From Auanema rhodensis (Eukaryota; Animalia; Nematoda), in contig OZ059896.1 in assembly GCA_964057225.1 (NCBI GenBank), forward strand, positions 7,874,001 through 7,938,000: a stretch of DNA of 64,000 nt. Reading direction: 5' to 3'. The notes under the pieces were generated by a model. It saw only the letters and a list, made by a program, of their open reading frames with translations. It made no database searches and had not been told where the DNA came from. The position numbers were made by a program, and so were the translations under genes. How positions within the stretch are numbered: the stretch's first letter is position 1; the number at the start of each line of letters is the position of its first letter. Below, piece by piece: positions 55,301-64,000 of the stretch.

Positions 55301-56028
55301 GAAATTTGCGCACACGCTATATTCGTAGCTTCCGTAGCGCAGTAGGCAGCGCGTCAGTCTCATAATCTGAAGGTCGTGAGTTCGAGCCTCACCGGGAGCA
55401 ATCTTTTCCGTTTTCCCAGATTTATTCTGATACAAAAGATGTTATTTCATTTTTGTAGTTTTGGTTGTCTCTTGTATGTTAGTTTCTACTAAGAAATATG
55501 CGAATACGATATATTCGTAGCTTCCGTAGCGCAGTAGGCAGCGCGTCAGTCTCATAATCTGAAGGTCGTGAGTTCGAGCCTCACCGGGAGCAATCGTTTT
55601 CGTTTTCCTCGATTTATTCTGATACAAAAGATATTCTTTCATTTTTATAGTTTTGGTTGTCATTGTATGTTCGTAGCTACTAAGAAATATGCGAATACGA
55701 TATATTCGTAGCTTCCGTAGCGCAGTAGGCAGCGCGTCAGTCTCATAATCTGAAGGTCGTGAGTTCGAGCCTCACCGGGAGCAATCTTTTCCGTTTTCCC
55801 AGATTTATTCTGATACAAAAGATGTTATTTCATTTTTGTAGTTTTGGTTGTCTCTTGTATGTTAGTTTCTACTATGAAATATGCGAATACGATATATTCG
55901 TAGCTTCCGTAGCGCAGTAGGCAGCGCGTCAGTCTCATAATCTGAAGGTCGTGAGTTCGAGCCTCACCGGGAGCAATCTTTTCCGTTTTCCCAGATTTAT
56001 TCTGATACAAAAGATGTTATATCATTTT
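49364..56028 (+). tRNA. tRNA-Met(CAT): Inverted, more heterogeneous tRNA-Met(CAT) array, ~34 units (33 full length, several degenerate; one internally deleted)
   Basis: Same tRNA read directly on the plus strand; 191/192-bp units with mixed spacer variants. Confidence 0.95.
55903..55975 (+). tRNA. tRNA-Met(CAT): Representative plus-strand tRNA-Met(CAT) (last copy before LTR)
   Basis: Identical to the consensus 73-mer. Confidence 0.96.
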
Positions 56029-56948
56029 TGTAGCGTTCCATTATGCTCCTACGTATATTGAACAGACCATTGTAGTCTGCTCAACTACGCGTATAGTATT
56101 CCATAAGTGTAGCGGTATGGAAACAGAGCATAAGGATTACATAAGATAAGGAAATATATAGGTTTATTATACACAATACAATATCATTACAATACAATAA
56201 CACAAGGATAAAGTAAACTACACTTACAAGACAAAGACTAATATATAAGATTAACTAAGTTAGATGCAAACCGTCCATGGGCTTGCAAAGGGGCGAACTC
56301 CCGAATAGGGGCATGAGGGAAGGCGGTGCCATTCCTCATTCCTCTAGTCGGTCTGGCTCTAACCCTGCAGTTACATATATAGAGTCTCCGAATGGAACGT
56401 GCCCTTTTTCAAAGATTGTCGCGACCTCGCGATATTTTAAACAAAAATTTGGGCTTATATGTAACTGAGTTTTAGAGTTCAATTGTTTTAGCTTCACAAT
56501 AACTATAGTATGATAGAGTTTTAATTAGTATAAAAACAAAATTACAATAATTTATAAGAAGGGTTCGATATAATATAAAGTAACGATGAATTAGAATATT
56601 ATTAATTTCATAAATTAATTCTCTTAATATTGAAGCATTTCCTAATAGAGATTGTAGAATAAGGGTCTAGTAATGAATGGGAATATGTTATTATTTTGAC
56701 TAATGGTCTCAAGAAGTACTCATTTCTAAATTGAACCGAGATTATGATTTAATAATGTGTCTCCATATGTCTCCCAGAGTGAATCCTTGATTACTAGTGG
56801 AGACTACCACTTAAGATGAAATTGTGGTTTATACGCCTACCAGTGTTTATCTCATCTTATTTGAGGAGGCACATGGAGCTCTGATGGTTGTCAAAATGTC
56901 CTCTAGTCCGCATAGGATTACGGTAACTTGGAACCATTAGTCATAACA
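56029..56948 (-). repeat. Putative 3' LTR (~920 bp)
   Basis: Minus strand starts TGTTATG right after a purine tract and ends CGCTACA at the junction with the tRNA spacer; second LTR not in window so boundaries are unverified. Confidence 0.65.
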
Positions 56949-56959
56949 TCTCCTCGTTT
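56949..56959 (-). promoter_or_regulatory. Putative polypurine tract
   Basis: AAACGAGGAGA immediately before TGTTA on the minus strand. Confidence 0.55.
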
Positions 56960-57096
56960 AGAATTTGCCTTATTTTTCCTTTTTCAATCTCTATTAAATG
57001 CTATTTTTATTTTGAATGTTATTTAGCATAAATTTTTTTTTCTAATTCATCGTTACTTTGTTACAATAATTTGAATAACGTAGCATTATCTTGTTG

Positions 57097-60000
57097 TTAT
57101 TCTTCTTCATTCCTCGGAAGCCATATTTCGTCTTCATTTTCATCTTCTGGCTCTGTATCTATGCTATCCTTGTTGTTCCTGTTGATCACTTTTATTATTT
57201 CGATGTCGCTATCTTCTTCTGCTTGACTTTCTCGAAGTCTTGCGCGAGTGTTGTAAGAGATGTTTTGTGAAGCAGGAGAGAAGATTTTCAAGTTATCTTT
57301 GTGGATATCTTGTAGTTTTCCTGATGAATTTCTGATTTGAACTTTTGATCCTTCTACGTTGATGACTTCGTATGGTCCATCATAGCTTTTCCGAAGCTTT
57401 TGGCCGATTTGGTGTGATTTTATGGTCGTCATCACCATGTCGCCCGGTTGAATGTCTCTATGGTGTGCTCTTTGCGTTCTATCTTTCTTCTTTTTCGCAT
57501 TTTCTTGATTTTTAGCTATGCGGTTCTTTATTATTTCGTCTCTCTTGTCCATATCTGGTCTTCTTTGGAGTAATTCTTCAGAAATTTCTTGAATTTTGGT
57601 GATCGTTTCTGGTAATTCAGCGTCCATTGACATTCTGCATTCTTTACCGAATAATGCAATGTATGGCGCAATCCCTGTAGTCGCGTGCTGAATATTGTTA
57701 ATAGCAAAAGTGATTTTTGGTAATACAGTATCCCAGTCACTAAGGTCCTCTTTTAAGTAGTGGGTTAATCCTTCTTCGAGGGTTCTGTGAAGTCTTTCCA
57801 CTTGTCCATTTGAGTTCTTTTGGTGTGGTAGTGTTGGTTCATGTTTGATTCCAAGTTTAGTACACATTTCTTCGAACTTTTTAGATACAAAGTTCGAACC
57901 TCTATCGGTGATCAAGCGATGGGGTGGTCCAAAAATGTAAACGAAATGTCTTAGAAATCGGTCAATTGTGATTTCCGTTGTTATTTGTGGTACAGCAATT
58001 GTTGTTGACCATTTTGTAAATGCGTCTTGCATGGTAATGACGTAGGTACAGTTTCTTTTTGAAGGGGGAAATGGTCCCATTACGTCCATGTGGACTCGTT
58101 CAAATGGCTTGCTTGGTATCTCAAAATGACCTATTGGTTGTACCGTCATGGAATGTGGATCTTTTTTTCTTTGAGCACATTTAATGCAATTCTTGATGAA
58201 TATAGTAATGTCGTTCTGCATATTTGTCCAATAGAATCTTCTTAGAATTGCTTCTTTTGTTTTAATAATTCCTTGATGTGCTGCAATTGTAGGATCCTCA
58301 TGAAAAACTTTGATTATTTCCTTAATTATGGGGTGTTCTTGTGGTATTACGATAGCGGGTTGTGGCTTTTTGTCTGTTGGTTTTGTATAGAGCAAGTCAT
58401 TTATGACACAATATCTGTCATTAGCTGTCATGTTCTTTTGTGCTCTATATTCAATCTCCGCTATCGTCCGTTTAATCCAAGGGGTGTTTAGTTGAATTTC
58501 CTTTATTGTTGGTGTATTTATGGCGTTAATGTGAATTTCTTCTATTTTCTTCTTCTTTGTTTCCGGCTTAGCATCGTTAGCTTCTTCACCTATATATCGA
58601 GATAGAGCATCGCATACTTTATTTAATTGGCCTGCGCGATATTTTATTTCAATATCATATTCTTGGATGACCAGCTGGAACTTCGCAAGACGACCAAATA
58701 AGTCTCTGCGTGTCATTAAGCTGGTAAGGGGTCGATGGTCCGTAATACATATAGTATGAGTTCCAAGAATGTATGTACGGAATTGATTTAATGCATATAC
58801 AAGGCCTAATGCTTCTATCTCGATTGGTGCGTAGTTACGTTCGGCTTTAACTAGTTTTCTGCTTGCAAATGCGATAGGGTGTAGATTTTTCAGAGGTTGT
58901 TTTGGATCTTCCGGTTGTAATAATACAGCACCTATGGCGATGTTACTACCGTCGCTTTCAACTATAAACAAGCGGTCCGATTTAGGTGGGCTTAAAACGG
59001 GTGCCTGTATTAAACTTCTTTTAAGGAGGTCTAAAGCTTCTTTATGTTTGTTTTCCCATTTGAATTCAGTATCTGCCTTTGTCAGATCGTATAAAGGGCT
59101 TGCGATACGTGCAAAATCTTTCATGAATTTGCGAAAGAATCCAACCATTCCCAAGAATGCTCGTACACCTGTTGCATTCTTTGGTGCCGGATAATCTTGT
59201 ATGGCGGCGACTTTTTGAGGGTCAGGTTTTATACCTTGACGTCCTACAATAAGTCCTAGAAACTTCACTTCTGGTTGAGCAAAAGCGCATTTCTTAAGCT
59301 TTATCTTCATTCCCAATTCTTCTACTGCTTGCAGTAAATCATCGATATCTTTGAGATGTTGTTCTCTTGTATCAGATATAACTAATAGATCGTCCAAATA
59401 AACAAATAGTTTACAAGAACATTTACTTTGCAAATACCTTACTGCTGTTTGAAAGGTATGAGGGGCTCCACAAAGGCCCATCGGCATCCGTTTGTACTGG
59501 TATGTGCCGGATGTGGTCGTAAATGCTGTTAGTGGTCGATCTGATTTTCTCAAGGATATTTGAAAAAATCCTGACACTAAATCGAAGTTTGAGAAAAATT
59601 GGGCGCCTGCTGCCAAATCAACTATGTCAGAAATGCTTGGAATGACATAAGTTTGCTTGCGTGTGACATTATTTAAAGCTCGAAAATCTGTCACAAACCT
59701 ATACGTGTCATCTTTCTTCTTAACTAGTACTACAGGGCTATTAAATAGAGATGTAGAAGGCTCTATTATGCCTTGCTCAAGCATTTCTTTGACTTGTTTT
59801 TCAATTTCTTCCTGTTTTCCTAAGGGAATACGTGTTATTCTCGGCTTTGGCATATCCATATCTGTTCTCAATGGTATGGTATGCTCTATAGGACCTTTAA
59901 ATAAGCCTATTTTCCTGTCCTCGTTAAGAAATGCCTCACGATAGCTTTCAATTATTTTTGTAAGCTCATGTTTTTCTTCTTTCGTGAGATCAGCATTCTC

Positions 60001-63000
60001 TAGATCAAGATCTTTTATGAAGTCTCTTGGAAAATATGGTAGTTTACTCTCCCAATCGGCTTCTGGCGGAACATATGGTAGAATTGGCTTATGCTTAAAG
60101 GGTTCACAAGCCGGAATTTCTCCAATTATTGCCTGTCCAATGACTGAATTAGCTTCCATAGCTATTGTTTCATCGGTATCGTTACGGAACATAACATATA
60201 CTCCACTGGTATCACGAAACGCAGTTGGATATAATGATTTTAATGCGCTTCCACTATCCCCTAAGACAACCACTTCGTTAGATTCTAGTGGTTTATCTGT
60301 CTTTATTGGGATAGGTGCCTCTTCATCAGGCTTTAATGTTTTTGTTCTTAAATTAATGATATTCACAGTTATCTCCGTATGCTTAATAGATTCGTTTCCT
60401 ATTAATGGGATGGCATTGTTTCCAATCTCCAACCTCTTCTTGGATGGTTTAAGGCTGACGTCGATGTTTTCGCTGTCAAGCGCTTTCATGAAATCTAGTC
60501 CAATTAAAGCGGGAGCAGGACAGTCATGATCGTTTGAGACCAAAAAGGTGTGTTCGATCTCGTAGCCGGCAATTTCAATTACAAGATTTATCTTTCCATA
60601 AAATGTGAAAGTGGACTTGTTGGCTGCCATCGCTACTAAATGTCTCTTCTTGACATTTTCGGCCATGTTCAGATATTTGAGGGTGGAGAGCCTAACATAT
60701 GACACTGATGAGCCTGAATCCCATAAAGCTAAAATCAGTTTATCTTCAACTGATATATATATTAATGGTAACTTTGTTTCCGCTGATGCAATAGAAGCAA
60801 CAAATGGTATTGCGATTGGAATAAATGTTACTAAAGCAGGATAGTATTGCTTCATGATGTTATCTGGCATCTGTTGGTCTGGGCGGCTTACAAGTTCCAA
60901 TGTTTCTTCATAGCTTGGGGGCTCATTATCTATTTCGTGGACATGCATTACGGTTAGTGGAGTGGCTCTGAAGAACCAAAATTTAGCAACAACGAAAAGA
61001 ATTATTAATACTGCGGCAATCGTGACTATTGATCCTATGAAGATGAGTGTTCTCTCAATTGAACCTATTAGAAATTGTTTTACGCTAGTCCAGGCGGAAG
61101 TTGTGAACTCAGCTGCTTTAGAGATATAGTCACTGCCCTTTTTCAAAAGATTAAAGGCTGACGTAATCTTTGGATCGTTGTGAATAGTATGTAAAACATG
61201 GTTCTGTCGTATGGATGCTAAACTTGCTCCATATGCAATAGCTGTTGACATTGAGTAAACTCTCAATGATAAATTGGTGTATAAGTTAGCGCCTGTGAAC
61301 TTTAAAGGTGTTAATTGGTGGTATTGCGCTTTATCAAAGAGTGATATTGGTTTTACTTCAACCGATCCATTTATATTTATCCATTCTCCATTTTGATAGT
61401 ACACATCTGTTGGTACATGTTCGCAATCTATCTCTTTTCCATGTGTTAATAAGTCTCTTGATCCTGGAGCAGCAAAATATAATCTCTCATCTTCTGTTAT
61501 TACTGGTGTTTCCAAATAGCATGTATCATTGATCTTATGATTATGATAAACAGCTTTAGGTTGAAGAGGTAAGCATATATGAACATGAACTATATCGCTG
61601 CCTACGAAACGGGCTGCAATATCCTCTCTTCCTAAAATAGTCCTCATTGCTATTGTGGGTTCTATGTGTAAAATAGAACGCCATAGCTCGAGGTATCTAT
61701 TTTGAATCTCACATATGGATTCATAAGATTCCATAAAATGTTTCTGTAGCTCTTCTTGTATGAGTGTTGTTGTATATTGTAGATGATCTTGAGCTATTCT
61801 GCGAGATACGTTGAGGTTGAATTGTATTTCGTTGTTCACTTTTGACGCTGTATACGTTGCCTGAGCCTGAATTTCTCTGGTTTCTACGGGTGGAGATGAT
61901 GTTCTTTGTTTCCTTAAGGTTCGTGACGCCGTGTCAGTGACTGTTGCTAATGTTGTTGGCGAGAGAGTCGTAGTTATCACGGCTGTTGTCGTGTCAACTA
62001 TGGTTGTCGTCGGAATCCGAGTCGTATAGCTTATAGTTGTCTCCTGAACTAGTGAAGCGGGTTTGTCCGTTGTTGTCGTTAATGACAGTCTTCTAGTCAG
62101 ATAAGGCGGTGTTTCAATATCCTCTAACAGTGGTAAAAATGTTTTTATAAGTAGCTGGCGTGTATCCGCGCTTGGGGTTTGAATGCGAGGGTGGGGGCCC
62201 ATCGATATACCGTAGTTAGAATCTTTATCTCGATATAGTTTGTTGGTATCTGGCACATTGATTGTTAATTGTCGGAACTTTTCATCATCTACGGCTGCTG
62301 CTGTTTTATTTGGCCTTATTACTCGCAATGTCATCAAGTTATGGTATAAGTAAAGTGTATTTCTAAGTACTATACGCTCATCAGCATTGTCAGTTGTTAA
62401 AGTTGGTCGGATAGGCGGCATGTTCACAAAGGATTTTAAAACCTCTTGCCTTGATGGTACCGACAGATTGTTTTCAAATATTACCGGTGTATAAGCTAGC
62501 TCCATCGCTATGCTTTCGGCTCTTTCGCGGTAGGATCCGTCCTTTTCTAGTAGTTTTTCGTCAAATTCGTGTGCTGTTAATCTGTCACCTATCTGTTCTA
62601 ATAATTGTTTTGAGGTTAAATACCGTATAGCGCCGCGAGTGGTTGCTGCCAGTTCCTTTTGCGCAAGAAAATAAAGTATTGCTTCCTCAGGGTCGTGTAT
62701 TTCGTATGTTTGAAGGAAACGTTGTATGGATTTATCAGATACGGGACTTCTTAAGAAGAAATAAAACTTCTCGGGATGTGCTGAAACCCAATCAATAATT
62801 GAATATGAAGGGTTGACAGCTCGTCTGGCCTTTATAAGCGGTATTATCTGATAAATACCAGGATTACTCATCACCGGTCGTAAGAAAGGATAAGGACAAA
62901 TATTTAATATTAAAGTTTCAAAATCTTCCTGTTTTTGTATCCACTCCTTGTTTAATTCAACCGTGCATTCCGCAATTGCTCTTTTATCTCTTTTCGCCGG

Positions 63001-63999
63001 AAGTTTCTTATATTCTCTCTCTATTAAAACATGGATATTGGTGTCATTTGGGTACTGTGGTAAGAGAATGTAATTGCCAGTTGTGGTGTGGAAGATTGGC
63101 TGTTTAAAACAAGAAGATATTTGCTTCGGTATCTCTTTTTGATCGATTACAAGGGCTGATTGAGTGGTTGGTAACAGAATAATGCCGTCTCCAATTATCA
63201 CATCATATTCACTCATGTCGATATAGTTGCATCGATATTCATAAGGCTGTTTCTCCCATATGATGATTGAGGTATCTGATGCACATTCTCCATGATGCGC
63301 TAAGCATCCTTCAGTATTTAGTATTAAATTGGAGATTATAGTTTCATCTGGCATCCGTGTCATAACCCCTTTTTCGATAACCAATCTGGCTTTCTCTTCA
63401 CATAGTTCATTATTAAAAGATCGGCCTGGCGAGAAGGAAGGCTCGTCAGTTGCATATGTTATGCTGTCGATCTTCTTTAATTCACTCCAATTCCATCTTC
63501 TATCTCTCACTGCCAGTCTGCATTCTGCAGCTGGTATCTTTTCAATTCTCGCTATCGTTGTATTGGTATCTCTAAGGAACAAAAGGTCTCTGATACACAT
63601 TTTATGAATTTCTTTGGAGCATCTCCATGCATCCCATTCATGTGCCGTTTGATTCCTTGTATAAAGATGAACTTTTGTTCGTAAGATATGCTTTATTGGT
63701 GGTAATAAGCATTTTCGGAGAGATGGGGGACGGAGAAGGGCTCCTCCAGTAGCTTTAGTACATAGCTGGTATGCTTCAGCTGTTGTAACCAGTGATAAGA
63801 TTACTGATAAAGCTACGGCTAAAGTCAAAGGAGATATCAGAGTCAAATTATTGACTCTTGAGCCTCTACCTCTGCCTCTATTGTTGTTATTTCCCCTAAA
63901 GGTACTGTTATTTCTCTGTCTATTATTGCTCATTTCTTGATTTTGTGATGCATTATGGCTTCTTTGATACCCATTTTGATTTTGATTCTGATAATTTCG
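57097..63999 (-). CDS. Single polyprotein: (gag tail)-signal peptide-gB-like envelope-TM-protease-RT-RNase H-integrase; 5' incomplete
   Basis: Frame stays open upstream of ATG 63933 to the window edge (RNYQNQNQNGYQRSHNASQNQEM); protease LWDSGS (~60712), RT YLDD (59389-59400), RNase H ESDGS/EIEALG/TDHRPL, integrase HHCC plus D-D-E (HMDVMG, TDRGSNF, VERLH) and GPY. Confidence 0.95.
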   Translation of the reverse strand, partial: RNYQNQNQNGYQRSHNASQNQEMSNNRQRNNSTFRGNNNNRGRGRGSRVNNLTLISPLTLAVALSVILSLVTTAEAYQLCTKATGGALLRPPSLRKCLLPPIKHILRTKVHLYTRNQTAHEWDAWRCSKEIHKMCIRDLLFLRDTNTTIARIEKIPAAECRLAVRDRRWNWSELKKIDSITYATDEPSFSPGRSFNNELCEEKARLVIEKGVMTRMPDETIISNLILNTEGCLAHHGECASDTSIIIWEKQPYEYRCNYIDMSEYDVIIGDGIILLPTTQSALVIDQKEIPKQISSCFKQPIFHTTTGNYILLPQYPNDTNIHVLIEREYKKLPAKRDKRAIAECTVELNKEWIQKQEDFETLILNICPYPFLRPVMSNPGIYQIIPLIKARRAVNPSYSIIDWVSAHPEKFYFFLRSPVSDKSIQRFLQTYEIHDPEEAILYFLAQKELAATTRGAIRYLTSKQLLEQIGDRLTAHEFDEKLLEKDGSYRERAESIAMELAYTPVIFENNLSVPSRQEVLKSFVNMPPIRPTLTTDNADERIVLRNTLYLYHNLMTLRVIRPNKTAAAVDDEKFRQLTINVPDTNKLYRDKDSNYGISMGPHPRIQTPSADTRQLLIKTFLPLLEDIETPPYLTRRLSLTTTTDKPASLVQETTISYTTRIPTTTIVDTTTAVITTTLSPTTLATVTDTASRTLRKQRTSSPPVETREIQAQATYTASKVNNEIQFNLNVSRRIAQDHLQYTTTLIQEELQKHFMESYESICEIQNRYLELWRSILHIEPTIAMRTILGREDIAARFVGSDIVHVHICLPLQPKAVYHNHKINDTCYLETPVITEDERLYFAAPGSRDLLTHGKEIDCEHVPTDVYYQNGEWININGSVEVKPISLFDKAQYHQLTPLKFTGANLYTNLSLRVYSMSTAIAYGASLASIRQNHVLHTIHNDPKITSAFNLLKKGSDYISKAAEFTTSAWTSVKQFLIGSIERTLIFIGSIVTIAAVLIILFVVAKFWFFRATPLTVMHVHEIDNEPPSYEETLELVSRPDQQMPDNIMKQYYPALVTFIPIAIPFVASIASAETKLPLIYISVEDKLILALWDSGSSVSYVRLSTLKYLNMAENVKKRHLVAMAANKSTFTFYGKINLVIEIAGYEIEHTFLVSNDHDCPAPALIGLDFMKALDSENIDVSLKPSKKRLEIGNNAIPLIGNESIKHTEITVNIINLRTKTLKPDEEAPIPIKTDKPLESNEVVVLGDSGSALKSLYPTAFRDTSGVYVMFRNDTDETIAMEANSVIGQAIIGEIPACEPFKHKPILPYVPPEADWESKLPYFPRDFIKDLDLENADLTKEEKHELTKIIESYREAFLNEDRKIGLFKGPIEHTIPLRTDMDMPKPRITRIPLGKQEEIEKQVKEMLEQGIIEPSTSLFNSPVVLVKKKDDTYRFVTDFRALNNVTRKQTYVIPSISDIVDLAAGAQFFSNFDLVSGFFQISLRKSDRPLTAFTTTSGTYQYKRMPMGLCGAPHTFQTAVRYLQSKCSCKLFVYLDDLLVISDTREQHLKDIDDLLQAVEELGMKIKLKKCAFAQPEVKFLGLIVGRQGIKPDPQKVAAIQDYPAPKNATGVRAFLGMVGFFRKFMKDFARIASPLYDLTKADTEFKWENKHKEALDLLKRSLIQAPVLSPPKSDRLFIVESDGSNIAIGAVLLQPEDPKQPLKNLHPIAFASRKLVKAERNYAPIEIEALGLVYALNQFRTYILGTHTICITDHRPLTSLMTRRDLFGRLAKFQLVIQEYDIEIKYRAGQLNKVCDALSRYIGEEANDAKPETKKKKIEEIHINAINTPTIKEIQLNTPWIKRTIAEIEYRAQKNMTANDRYCVINDLLYTKPTDKKPQPAIVIPQEHPIIKEIIKVFHEDPTIAAHQGIIKTKEAILRRFYWTNMQNDITIFIKNCIKCAQRKKDPHSMTVQPIGHFEIPSKPFERVHMDVMGPFPPSKRNCTYVITMQDAFTKWSTTIAVPQITTEITIDRFLRHFVYIFGPPHRLITDRGSNFVSKKFEEMCTKLGIKHEPTLPHQKNSNGQVERLHRTLEEGLTHYLKEDLSDWDTVLPKITFAINNIQHATTGIAPYIALFGKECRMSMDAELPETITKIQEISEELLQRRPDMDKRDEIIKNRIAKNQENAKKKKDRTQRAHHRDIQPGDMVMTTIKSHQIGQKLRKSYDGPYEVINVEGSKVQIRNSSGKLQDIHKDNLKIFSPASQNISYNTRARLRESQAEEDSDIEIIKVINRNNKDSIDTEPEDENEDEIWLPRNEEE
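60970..63837 (-). other. Envelope domain inside the polyprotein: class III (herpesvirus gB-like) fusion glycoprotein
   Basis: Signal peptide ISPLTLAVALSVILSLVTTAEA; Cys-rich ectodomain with N-glycosylation sequons; motif ICEIQNRYLELW..IEP..ILGR..ARFVGSD..C..CY; TM LIFIGSIVTIAAVLIILFVVA. Confidence 0.8.
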
Positions 64000-64000
64000 A

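Larger units (their letters stand above)
56029..64000 (-). mobile_element. Ty3/gypsy (Metaviridae) LTR retroelement with envelope-like domain, 5' part outside window
   Basis: PR-RT-RH-IN order, uninterrupted ORF, PPT and LTR-like terminus. Confidence 0.93.

Noticed and set aside
22859-56010. 64-189-aa ORFs containing IAPGEARTHDLQIMRLTRC
   Set aside because: Antisense translation of the tRNA-Met gene and its spacer
1-56028. CRISPR-like array
   Set aside because: Units are fully repeated with no unique spacers, there are no cas genes, and the context is eukaryotic
57531-63607. Short antisense and alternative-frame ORFs within the LTR polyprotein (also 13578-13787, 14276-14485, 16495-16776 in DIRS)
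   Set aside because: Shadow ORFs of long coding regions with no motifs
1-64000. Telomeric repeats or a DNA-elimination break motif
   Set aside because: No (TTAGGC)n or similar tract seen, and no break motif can be supported from this window alone

Overview
Eukaryotic, repeat-dominated region with no ordinary cellular protein gene. It is probably from a nematode; this is inferred from the tRNA sequence, a 43-nt GT-AG intron and the TE families. Left to right: (1) a 200-bp satellite (~92 monomers, with higher-order repeats) at 1-22905, interrupted by (2) an intact 4449-bp DIRS1-type tyrosine-recombinase retrotransposon (12567-17015, minus strand) with ITRs, ICR, gag, RT-RNaseH-methyltransferase-like ORF and YR; (3) a tandem array of ~107 full-length elongator tRNA-Met(CAT) genes in 191/192-bp units, ~74 on the minus strand (22924-48107) and ~33 plus one internally deleted copy on the plus strand (49364-56028), with nine co-amplified copies of a dead ~1.2-kb Merlin/ISXO2-type transposase fragment; (4) a 3'-truncated LINE lying exactly at the point where the tRNA array flips orientation; (5) the 3' part of an intact Ty3/gypsy LTR element (56029-64000, minus strand). 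Its single ORF runs gag tail - internal signal peptide - herpesvirus gB-like (class III) fusogen - TM - protease - RT - RNase H - integrase. The most notable candidates are the env-inside-polyprotein retrovirus-like element, a predicted splice that fuses DIRS Gag to RT, the tRNA-Met satellite itself, and two unrelated retroelements inserted at nearly the same spacer position upstream of the tRNA. Nearly all short ORFs in the track are artefacts of the repeats. All counts and alignments were done by eye.
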